DNA of 64,000 bases from Candidatus Aminicenantes bacterium (GTDB taxonomy: Bacteria > Acidobacteriota > Aminicenantia > UBA2199). Position numbers and translations under genes: made by a program. The notes beneath the pieces were generated by a model. The model had not been told where the DNA came from, made no database searches, and saw nothing but the letters and a program-made list of their open reading frames with translations. The stretch spans positions 1,789-65,788 of the forward strand of contig DAOWCY010000005.1 of NCBI GenBank assembly GCA_030639305.1, read 5' to 3'. How positions within the stretch are numbered: the first letter of the stretch is position 1; each line of letters begins with the position of its first letter. Positions 37,593-47,300 of this stretch are shown one piece after another.

Positions 37593-40500
37593 GTTGTACT
37601 CCTTTTTCTTCTTTGCAGTCTTTTCTGCCTATCCTGTTTGCCTCTCTCCACTGCGGCGGCGCGTTCTTCATCTATTAAGACGACTTCTTTTTCTTCTTCA
37701 TCCCGGCTGCTTATAAAACCGGCTAAAGAGGCAACCGTTGTATAACGAAACAAATTTACGATAGGGATGTTTCGATCAAATATATTTATTAGACGGTTGT
37801 ATACTGTGATTATACGGAGGGAATTACCGCCTATTTCAAAAAAATTATCATGTTTGCCGACTTTTTCTATCTCCAGCACTTCCTGCCATACCGCGGCGAT
37901 GGCTTTTTCCGCTTCGCTGTGCGGCGCTTCATAGGCAATACCCGTTCCTAGGGCTTTACCGGAGTCGTCGAGGGCTTTATAATCCACTTTGCCGTTGGCC
38001 GTAAGCGGTATCTTTTCCAGGTGCACAAACCGGTTGGGAATCATATAGTCCGGTAAACCGGTAGATAAATGTTCTTTTAATTCGCTTACGGTTAAGGATT
38101 CGCTGTCCCGGGTAACCAAATATGCGAGCAAATACCGGTCCTCCGCGGCTCTTTGGCCAGCCCCGGTTTTGGCGATGACTACCGCTTCTTTCACCCGGGC
38201 ATGCGCCTGCAGCCGGTTCTCTATCTCACCGAGTTCTATCCTGAAACCCCTGATTTTGACCTGGTGGTCGAGCCTGCCTAAAAATTCTATATTTCCGCCG
38301 GGCAGCCACCGGGCCAAATCGCCTGTAGAGTAAAGTGTGGGCGGCGATCTGTGACCGGCGATCAATGAAGACTGACCGGCCCGGACAGCGGAGGCTGGGT
38401 GCGCCGCGCCCTTATCGAACTTCCCGGCGGTGAGTTCCGGGTTGTTGATGTATCCCCGGGCCAGCCCCGCCCCGGCAATATATAAATCACCGGGTACGCC
38501 TAAGGGCTGCAAAATGCCTCCTTTACCCAGTATGTATATTTGCGTGTTGGCTATGGGCGCTCCTATATTCAGCGATTCTCCCCGGCTGACATCTTTGATG
38601 GCCGACCATATGGTGGTTTCCGTGGGGCCGTAAAGATTATAAATTTTACCGCCGCGAACCTGCCTCGCTTTTTCCAATAGGGGTGCAGGCAGGGCTTCTC
38701 CTCCTACCAATAGGTATTCCAGGTCGTTTAAAACCGCCGCTGATCCGGCGTCGGACAGCAGCAGCGATAAACGGGATGGGGTCACCTGGAGTATAGTCAC
38801 GTTTTCGCCGGATATAGTTAAGGCCGCCGCTTTCGGGTCCACCTGCTCTTCCCGGCCGCCGATTATCACCCGGGCGCCTTTCGTTAACGGCAGCAGCGTT
38901 TCCAAACCGAATATATCGAATGAGATGGTAGTCAGCGAAAGTATACAATCAGCCGTACTAAAAGGAATAACGCCGGTTATACCTTTGATGAAATTCGCCA
39001 GCGGGCGATGTTCTATCATGACGCCTTTGGGACGGCCCGTGGAGCCGGATGTGTAGATCACATATAACAGGTCGCCGGGACCGGCTGCTTCTTCAAGATT
39101 ACCGGCGTTTCCCCGGTATATTTCGTTATCGTCTATTTCGATTATTCCTCCTCCTGTTTCGATTAGAGGCCTTAGGTTTTTCCAGGTGAGGAATAGGGTA
39201 GAACCGCTGTCTCCTAAAATATAACGTATTCGTTCCCGGGGATAATCCGGGTCTAAAGGCAAATAAGCCCCTCCCGCTTTGATGACAGCTAAAATACCTA
39301 CCATCATCTCTACGGCCCGTTCCGGCAGTATGCCGACAATAACCCCGGGTTTTACGCCTTTTTTCCTTAGTAAACGGGCCAGTTGATTGGCTTTTTCGTT
39401 TAATTCCCGGTAAGTGAGGGTAAGACGGCGGCCGGCGGGCAATATCGCCGACTCCCCCGTCAACGCTTTACTCTCCGGGGTTTTCTCTACTTGCTCTTCG
39501 AATAACCGGTGAATGGTTTTATCATGGGGGAAATCCACCTCCGTGTCGTTGAATTCGAAAAGAATAAGCCGTTTCTCTTCTTCCGAAAGTATCTCTATTC
39601 CCGCTATTTTTCGCCGGGGGTTCCCGGCTATGGACGAGAGGATTCCTGTAAAATAACCGATGAACCGTTCTATGGTTTCGACTTTGAAGATTTTGGTGCT
39701 GTACTGCATAATAAAAGAAAGGTCTGCCGGCGATTCCTGACCGGTGAGGATTAGGTCGAATTTAGTGGAACTTTCGCCATGGCGGGTAAAACCGGACCCG
39801 GCGGGTGCTGCGGGGGCCGCGTCTTCCCTGTTCTCCGCCCGGTTATCTCCGGCTGCTTCCTGCACGGTGTTCAGGGCAAACATGATGTCGAAAAGAGGAT
39901 TACGGCCGGTGTCCCGCACTGCGACTTTATCTACCAACTCTTCGAAAGGATATTCCTGGTTTTCGAAGGCCGCGACAGTCCGGTCTTTTAATTCCCGGAG
40001 AAATTCGATAAAGGGCCTGTCGCCCCGGGGATAATTGCGCAGGGCCAAAGTGTTGACAAACATGCCGATTATTTTTTCCAGGTCGGGGTGACTGCGCCCG
40101 GCGATGGGTGTGCCTACGACCACGTCTTCCCCGCTGTCCAGCCGGGCCGCCAGGATACTGAATGCCGCCAGCAGCAGCATAAACATGGTGACATTTTCGT
40201 GCCGGCATAATTCTTTTAACGCTTTCGTGGTCTTGCTTTCCAGGGCAAAAGATACGGCGCTGCCTTCGAAACTAACCACCGCGGGCCTTTCATAATCGGT
40301 GGGGATGCGGCTAAGCACCGGGATTTCCCCGGAAAATTCCTTCAGCCAATAGGCTTCCTGTTCTTTGATCGTTTCCCTGTTTCTTTCGTTTAATTGCCAC
40401 AATGTATAATCTTTATACTGCAGCCGCAGCGGGGGCAGATTTTCACCTCTTTCCAGGGCGAAGAATTCCCGGGCCAGGAGGTCCACGGATAGGCCGTCCG

Positions 40501-42760
40501 CTGTAATATGATGAATGTCGATCAACAGCAGCCAGGTTCCCGTTTCCTGTTCCTGCAAGCCTGCCCGCATCAGGGGCGCTTGCGCTAAATCGAAAGGACG
40601 AATGAAAGATGGTGCGGCGGGCGGCGATTGACGGGATTCCCGTGCCCCAGGCGTGCCCGGTGTGTCCTGGTTTTCTATAGAAAATTCGATCTTCCCGGCA
40701 GGGTGGATTTGCTGTACCGGGCGGTCATTTATAGTTAAAAACGATGTGCGCAGGCTTTCGTGACGGTTTATTAACCGGCGGAAGATCCCGGTCAATTTCT
40801 TTTTTTCGGGCGCTTTTTTTAGGGGGATAACCTGGGATATGTGGTACCCGGTGCTTTCCTTATCCAACTGCTGCAAAATATATAAACGGGCCTGCGCCGG
40901 GGAAAGGGGATAATACTCCTTTTCCTCCACCGGTTCGATGGATATGCACGTTTCCTCTACTAATCCGGATATGATCCCGGCTTGCTTTTCGATGGTAAGA
41001 TTGTTGAATATTTCCCCTAAGGAAATCCGCACATCGAATTCTTTGTGTATCTTCGTTATTAAAGACATTATAGTTAAAGAATTCCCGCCCAATTCGAAAA
41101 AACTGTCGCCGATGCCGAACTTCTCCCGGCCGAGAAGTTCCGCCCACAGGGCATGCAGCTTCTTTTCCACGGCATTCCGCGGCGGCACTATTTTTTTTTC
41201 ATACCGGGCTGCCTGTTCCTTTAAGGCTTCATAATCTACTTTTCCATTCGCTCTGAGGGGCAGCTGTTCAATGATTTGGATGATGGCGGGCACCATGTAA
41301 TCGGGCAGTCCGGCGCCTAAATCTTCCTTTACACTGTCGATAAAATCCCCGGCGGGCGATTGCCCCGACGAGGAAAGCGTTATAAATCCATGGAGTATTT
41401 CGTTGTTTTCGGCAAGTTCCCGCTTTAAAACCACGGCTTCCCTTACCCCGGGCCGCTTGATTAAAGCGCTTTCTATTTCATCTAACTCGATGCGCATGCC
41501 CCGTATTTTGACCTGCCGGTCAACCCGCCCTAAGATGTCGATATTCCCGTCAGGCAGCATCCGCCCCAGGTCGCCGGAAAGGTAGATAATATCTTTTGGA
41601 TCATCGGTAAACGGGTTCTGTATAAACTTATCGCGGTTCAAGCCCGGGTCATTGTAGTAACCGAGGCTGCGGTACGGTGTGCGAATGGCGATTTCTCCTA
41701 TTTCCAATTCATCGCATATGTTTCTTTTTTCGTCCAGTATGACGGCCCGCGCGCCTTTTATCGGTTTCCCGATAGGTATCCTCTCCCGCTGGACGTCCGC
41801 CGGTTTGATGGGGTAATAAATTTTAGCCAGGGTGGTTTCGGTAGGCCCGTAAAGATTAACCAGCCGCACCCGGTCCCCAAATATACCATACCAGTAAATT
41901 AGATCGGAGGGATTGGTTTTTTCCCCGGCGAGCAGGATATATTCCAGGTCTTTAAAATCACCGGGGGTTAAGGGATTACGGCACAATAACCGGAAAAGAG
42001 AGGTTACGCAGTGGGTCAAAACTATCCGGTGTGCGTTAAGCCACTCTCGCAGCCCGGTGGATTCGAGCACCACGTCTTTATCACCGGGGATGACGACTGC
42101 GCCGCCGGCCAGCAGGGGAACAAATATATCCCGCAAATAGGGATCGAAAGTGGGTATGGTAAATTGCGATACCCGGGATGTGCAGTCAAGTTTAAATGTA
42201 TCGATTTCCCATTCGATAAAATGAAGCAAACTTTTGTTACGGCCGACTACCGCTTTGGGGGTGCCGGTGGTTCCCGAAGTAAAATATATGTATACCGGCC
42301 CCTCGGGGTCATATTGCACCTCCGCTTCAGGGGCCGGACCGCGGTTTTCCCGCAGAGCGCAGGCATGCCGGAAATTCATGGTTTCAATCGCTTCTCCACC
42401 GGCTTTTATACTGGGAAATCGCCGGGCATTGATGTCGTCGATAAATATATAACCAAGCTGCGTGGCTTCGAGCATGGCTTCGATCCGATTCCGGGGCAGG
42501 GCCGAAGAAAGGGGAACAAATGCACAACCTGCTTTTAAAATACCGATAATGGCGGTTACCAGGTCTGCCCGGTCTTCCACCAATATGCCGATAAATGTGC
42601 CGGGTTCGATACCCTTGCCCAATATCCAGGCCGCTGCGCTGCTGCTTTTATTGTCTAATTCTCCGTAGGTGACGCTGAGGTTTCCGTATTCCAATGCTGT
42701 ACGATCGGGGTATCGAGTAAAAATTTCCTGCAGTTTATGCTGGAACACTTTCTTTTTCAT
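37589..42760 (-). CDS. NRPS with domain order A-T-C-A-T. It begins with an adenylation domain and has no N-terminal C domain.
   Basis: Two complete sets of A-domain core motifs (LKAGCAFVPL / YIYFTSGTTGTPKAV ...; LKAGGAYLPLDP / YVIYTSGSTGRPKGV / NLYGPTETT / GDLYIAGAGLARGY / LYSTGDLARW / VKIRGFRIELGEIE). Two T motifs (LGGNSL, IGGNSL). One C domain (HHITADG). Confidence 0.85.
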   Translation of the reverse strand: MKKKVFQHKLQEIFTRYPDRTALEYGNLSVTYGELDNKSSSAAAWILGKGIEPGTFIGILVEDRADLVTAIIGILKAGCAFVPLSSALPRNRIEAMLEATQLGYIFIDDINARRFPSIKAGGEAIETMNFRHACALRENRGPAPEAEVQYDPEGPVYIYFTSGTTGTPKAVVGRNKSLLHFIEWEIDTFKLDCTSRVSQFTIPTFDPYLRDIFVPLLAGGAVVIPGDKDVVLESTGLREWLNAHRIVLTHCVTSLFRLLCRNPLTPGDFKDLEYILLAGEKTNPSDLIYWYGIFGDRVRLVNLYGPTETTLAKIYYPIKPADVQRERIPIGKPIKGARAVILDEKRNICDELEIGEIAIRTPYRSLGYYNDPGLNRDKFIQNPFTDDPKDIIYLSGDLGRMLPDGNIDILGRVDRQVKIRGMRIELDEIESALIKRPGVREAVVLKRELAENNEILHGFITLSSSGQSPAGDFIDSVKEDLGAGLPDYMVPAIIQIIEQLPLRANGKVDYEALKEQAARYEKKIVPPRNAVEKKLHALWAELLGREKFGIGDSFFELGGNSLTIMSLITKIHKEFDVRISLGEIFNNLTIEKQAGIISGLVEETCISIEPVEEKEYYPLSPAQARLYILQQLDKESTGYHISQVIPLKKAPEKKKLTGIFRRLINRHESLRTSFLTINDRPVQQIHPAGKIEFSIENQDTPGTPGARESRQSPPAAPSFIRPFDLAQAPLMRAGLQEQETGTWLLLIDIHHITADGLSVDLLAREFFALERGENLPPLRLQYKDYTLWQLNERNRETIKEQEAYWLKEFSGEIPVLSRIPTDYERPAVVSFEGSAVSFALESKTTKALKELCRHENVTMFMLLLAAFSILAARLDSGEDVVVGTPIAGRSHPDLEKIIGMFVNTLALRNYPRGDRPFIEFLRELKDRTVAAFENQEYPFEELVDKVAVRDTGRNPLFDIMFALNTVQEAAGDNRAENREDAAPAAPAGSGFTRHGESSTKFDLILTGQESPADLSFIMQYSTKIFKVETIERFIGYFTGILSSIAGNPRRKIAGIEILSEEEKRLILFEFNDTEVDFPHDKTIHRLFEEQVEKTPESKALTGESAILPAGRRLTLTYRELNEKANQLARLLRKKGVKPGVIVGILPERAVEMMVGILAVIKAGGAYLPLDPDYPRERIRYILGDSGSTLFLTWKNLRPLIETGGGIIEIDDNEIYRGNAGNLEEAAGPGDLLYVIYTSGSTGRPKGVMIEHRPLANFIKGITGVIPFSTADCILSLTTISFDIFGLETLLPLTKGARVIIGGREEQVDPKAAALTISGENVTILQVTPSRLSLLLSDAGSAAVLNDLEYLLVGGEALPAPLLEKARQVRGGKIYNLYGPTETTIWSAIKDVSRGESLNIGAPIANTQIYILGKGGILQPLGVPGDLYIAGAGLARGYINNPELTAGKFDKGAAHPASAVRAGQSSLIAGHRSPPTLYSTGDLARWLPGGNIEFLGRLDHQVKIRGFRIELGEIENRLQAHARVKEAVVIAKTGAGQRAAEDRYLLAYLVTRDSESLTVSELKEHLSTGLPDYMIPNRFVHLEKIPLTANGKVDYKALDDSGKALGTGIAYEAPHSEAEKAIAAVWQEVLEIEKVGKHDNFFEIGGNSLRIITVYNRLINIFDRNIPIVNLFRYTTVASLAGFISSRDEEEKEVVLIDEERAAAVERGKQDRQKRLQRRKRSTT

Positions 42761-42854
42761 TAGGATTTATCCTCCGTTTTCATATTTTTTGATATTCCCT
42801 TTATTTCGATATCTTCCCGGGTTCGATCCACCGGGATCCGCGGGCCGAAAAAAA

Positions 42855-44249
42855 CTATTCGTCTTCCAGGTCTTCATTGAATTCTTCCAACATCCGCCGT
42901 TTCTTTTCTCCGTCCAGCCTGCACAGTTCCTTGATCTCGATTTTTCCCAGGTCCTGCGTGAGCATCTGTTCCAGGCTGCGGGCAATCCCTTCGATTATTT
43001 CTTTTTCATACACCCTGCCATTATAATCCAACCGTAACGAAAGCTGCCTATCATAAGATACGTGCACTACAAAATCATAACTGGTATACTCGAAAGTTTC
43101 TACTCCCGATACCTGGAATAGCTGGCTGCGCCCCTGGGCGGCGGCTCCGGCTATCTTTTCACTTATGGGAAAATTCTGGGAAACGAAAATATGATCGAAT
43201 AAATCCCGTTTCATGGGGCTGACGGCCTGGATACTTGCCAAAGAACAATAATGATAAGGTTCGCTCGCCAGGATTTCCTGCTGCACCCGGCGCATTAACT
43301 CGATGAAGTTTTCCCTTTCCCGCACCCGGATGCGCATCGGAACAGTGTTGAGAAATAAGCCGATCATTCTTTCCACACCCTTTATTTCCGCGGGCCGGCC
43401 CGATACCACTGCGCCGAAAATAACATCCCGCTCACCTTTATATTTTCCTAAAACAAGACCCCAGGCTGTTTGCACAAGGGTATTTATTGTCACGGAATTT
43501 TTCCCTACCAGGTTGTTTAAGGCGGAGGTCTGTTCAGTTGTCAATAGGATAGTTACTCTCTGCCTATCGAATCCTCCCCCCCCGGAGGTGCGGGTTTCTA
43601 ACCGGGGGATAAAAGCCGGGGCATTATAATCTTCCAGGTAACTTGTCCAATAGGCCAGAGATTCGCGGATATCTCTTTTTCCCAGCCACTGGATGTAACT
43701 CTTAAAGGGTTTTACCGGGGCTAAATCCGGAGGCCTGTTTTCTAAAAAGCTCCTATAAATCTCCAGGTACTCGCCGATAATTATTCCCATACACCAACCA
43801 TCCATAATAATGTGAGGGTGGCTCCAGGTAAATTCGTATTCATCCCGGGCCAGTTTCACCACTGTGACCCGTATCAACACATCTTTGCTCAATACGAAAG
43901 GACGCTGCCTGTCCTGCTCTTTAATCTCTTTTACCCGGGCTTCTCGTTCGGCTTTAGTCTTTACACTGCCGACGTCCTCGTAGGTGAAATCGATTTTCCT
44001 CTCTTTCATCACTACTTGCACGGGCCGCTTAACCTTTTCATGGATAAAAACCGTGCGCAAAATATCATGGCGCTGCATTAGCGCTTTTAGACTTTTTTTG
44101 ACCGGTTCTATGTCGAGTTCGCCGTGAAGGCGGTATGATACTTGTTCAAAATACGCTCCGGCTGTGTCCCGGTTCAGGGAATAAAATAACATGCCTTCCT
44201 GCATGGGCGTTAAGGGATATATGTCTTCGATATTCGCTTTAGCTGCCAT
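42855..44249 (-). CDS. Free-standing condensation (C) domain protein.
   Basis: 464 aa. N-terminal DIYPLTPMQEGMLF and HHIIMDGW (HHxxxDG). RBS AAGGAGAAAAG. Confidence 0.8.
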   Translation of the reverse strand: MAAKANIEDIYPLTPMQEGMLFYSLNRDTAGAYFEQVSYRLHGELDIEPVKKSLKALMQRHDILRTVFIHEKVKRPVQVVMKERKIDFTYEDVGSVKTKAEREARVKEIKEQDRQRPFVLSKDVLIRVTVVKLARDEYEFTWSHPHIIMDGWCMGIIIGEYLEIYRSFLENRPPDLAPVKPFKSYIQWLGKRDIRESLAYWTSYLEDYNAPAFIPRLETRTSGGGGFDRQRVTILLTTEQTSALNNLVGKNSVTINTLVQTAWGLVLGKYKGERDVIFGAVVSGRPAEIKGVERMIGLFLNTVPMRIRVRERENFIELMRRVQQEILASEPYHYCSLASIQAVSPMKRDLFDHIFVSQNFPISEKIAGAAAQGRSQLFQVSGVETFEYTSYDFVVHVSYDRQLSLRLDYNGRVYEKEIIEGIARSLEQMLTQDLGKIEIKELCRLDGEKKRRMLEEFNEDLEDE

Positions 44250-44315
44250 TCATCTTTTCTCCTTCGGCCTCCGGGGCGCCTAATGCCCGGGGTAAAGGCC
44301 GGGTGTAATCTGGAT

Positions 44316-47300
44316 TTATATATCTAATTGGTCCTCTATGGCGTCTATCTCCTCTAAGGATAACTCATTGTGCGTTAAATCGCTGGGGGTGAGCTCTTTG
44401 TCTTCTTTCGACGAACAAAAAGAGATAATGTTTTTTAATTCCTGTTCAAAATTTTCCAGGATCTGCGTGATGGTTTCATTTTTAAATTGTTTTTTGCTGT
44501 AATTTATGGACATTACCAACTGCCGGTTGGCAATCATGCCGTTTATATCGATGTCGAACTCCCGTACTCCTTCCGGGCTCATTGTGCGCCCGGAAGGTTC
44601 GGCGGCGGCACCGAAAGACCTCTTTTCCATGTCCGCGTCAAACTGGCCTAAGTAGTTGAAACTGACCTGGGGTTCTAATTTGAATTCTATGTCCTGCTTA
44701 TGCTTCCCGGGGGTCAAATATTTCAAAATCCCATACCCGATTCCCCGGTTGGGCGCCCGGCGTAAACTCTCTTTGACTTTCTTGATCGAGCTGGATAGAT
44801 CACTCCCGGATGATACATCTAAAATCACCGGGTAGATGGATGTAAACCAGCCTACGGTGCGGTTTATATCTACATGATCTAAAATTTCTTCCCGGCCGTG
44901 ACCTTCCAGGTTGACCAGCACCCTGCCGGAACCCGCCTGCTTGCTAAATGCCAGGCCCAAAGCGCAGAGCAGGATGTCGTTAATTTCAGTGTTGAAGGCT
45001 TCATTGACTTCGGTCAATAAAAGCCGGGTTTCTTCCTCCGCAAGCCGGAAATATCCGCTTAAGGTGTCTTTTATAAGATTATCCGCGCTTTCAAAATCGT
45101 AAGGGATAACCGGTATTTCCATGGACTCCAGGCCGGCCCAATACTCTTTTTCAACCAAAAATCCGGGGCTGGCGGCATATTCCGGCAACTGCCCGGCCCA
45201 GTATTTATAGGAGTCGGTTTTTAAGGGCAGGGAAAAAGACTCCCCCTTACTGAACTGGCGATAAAGGGTGTCGATGTCTTCAAAAAGAATACGCCAGGAA
45301 ATGCCGTCCGTTATTAGGTGATGAAGCACGATCAGCAGCCGGTCGCCGCCGGCTAACCGGAATAATCCCAATTTTAATAGGGGGCCTTTTTCCAAATCGA
45401 TGCTTGCCTGAATTTCGTCGGCTTTGGACAGCAGTTCCGCGGCGGCTTTTTCCTTATCTTCGATGGACCGGAAATCGAAGGTTTTCAAATCGAGAGGATA
45501 GTCGAGATCGTGATTTTCCAGGAAAATCCCGCCGCCTTCCCGGTGAATACTCATCCTGAGCGCGTCATGATGTTCCATTATCTTCTTAAATACGGCCCCG
45601 ACCGCTTCTTCGTCAAATCCTTCCGGCGAAGAAAGCATGACTGCCTGGTTATAATGGTGGGGGTGTATTGTAATTTTCTTGAAGAACTCTTCATGGGCGG
45701 GCAGCAGCGGCGCCCGGCCCGTGACCGGGGCCTGTTCGGGGATTCTTCCCGCTTCTTTGTGTTCCACTTTGTGAGCGAGATCGGTAATCACGGGGTTCTG
45801 GAAAACATCGCTTACTTTGATTTTATAACCTTCATTGTGCAGCCGCGAAACGATCTGGATGGCTTTAATGGAGTCGCCGCCGATCATAAAGAAATTCTCA
45901 TTCACACCGACTTCCTGCCGGCCCAATACGCTTTCCCAGACTTCGACCAGTTTGCTTTCTACTTCGCCTTCGGGTGCGGCATATTCTTCTTTTCTTTCGC
46001 TGCCTACCATGGCGGGGTCCGCCAGGGCGCGGCGGTCTATCTTCCCGGTGGTGGTCAGGGGGAGCTCTTTTAAAGGCACAAAATAGGCGGGGATCATGTA
46101 ATCGGGCAATTTCTCACCGAGGAATCGCCTTAATTCATAGTCCCCGGGGGCAGTGGAAATATCACCTGATGACCGGCGCGGCTCATTGGTGAATAATCCC
46201 TTGTACAGGGGCGTCCCTTTGTAGGTTTTCTCATGATAGGGCATGTTATACTCAAAGGCAATTTTCCGGCCGTCCTTTTTTTCCAGGTGGCCTTTTACTT
46301 TATAATCGGGCCAGGGTTCGCTGCTGCCGAGCGTGCGGATACAATCGGCTTCTATCCGGTCTCCTTTATCGACTTCCAGGGGTGGGGAAAAGGCGGGGAA
46401 ATAAACAGGTTTCCAGATATGCTCCTGGGCTAAGGTGTCGATCAGGTGGTCCGGTACGGTATAAAAATTAATCCAGAGGATAAATCCGTCTAATTTGGTT
46501 TCCCGCTTTATGGTCAGGTTGATCCGGTGGCTGGCTTCATTCTCTATGACGTCCTGAAAATTTATGTCTTCGAAAATACCGGCGTCGGATATGATGCCGG
46601 TTTTGGGTAGATGCTGGATACAAAGCCTGACATCGAATTCATAACCGAACTTTTCAAATATTTTCTCCGTGTATTCCCGGGAGGTAATGCTGAAGGCGGG
46701 TTCATCCCGCAGGGAACCGGGAAGGGTTACGGCCGCAATCTTAGTGACACAGTGGTGCGGGATGACATAACTCTTCTCCTTTAAAAACCGGCGGGCGTCG
46801 TTGTGAAGCACGATGCCGCCTTCCGAACTGCCGATGGAACCGATCTGGTTGGTTAGATTCACCTCCACTTTTTCGGGCAGCTCTACATCACGGGAATCAC
46901 CGTGGATCAATACGATCTTATCTTCCAGGCCGAATTTCTTAAGATTTTCTTTGGCTTTTAAATAGGATTCTTCCATAATTTCGATGGCGTAGACTTTTTC
47001 GGCTCCGGCATCCACTGCTAACCGGGCCAGTATCAGGTCTCTGCCGGTGCCTACTTCTACGACGGTTTTACCTTTTACTATCCGTTCGATGGCTATTTTA
47101 TAACTGTTGTTCTTTAACTTGTCATGGGCCATGGCATAGTACAAAAGATCGTCCCAGATTAAATAATCACCTGCCGAGGGCATCAATTCGGGATCTTTAT
47201 CCGCTTCATATACATAGTATGCGCAGATGAATTTACTGCCGTCTTCTCCTTCTTTGATTACCGCGGCTGCTTCCTTTATAGATTCATGCTGCGATAACCG

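Noticed and set aside
42810-42845. The tRNA T-arm-like string GGGTTCGATCCACCGGG in the gap between the free C domain gene and the next NRPS gene.
   Set aside because: The hairpin loop is too long (10 nt), and there is no acceptor stem, D-arm or anticodon-arm context. It is probably just a GC hairpin.
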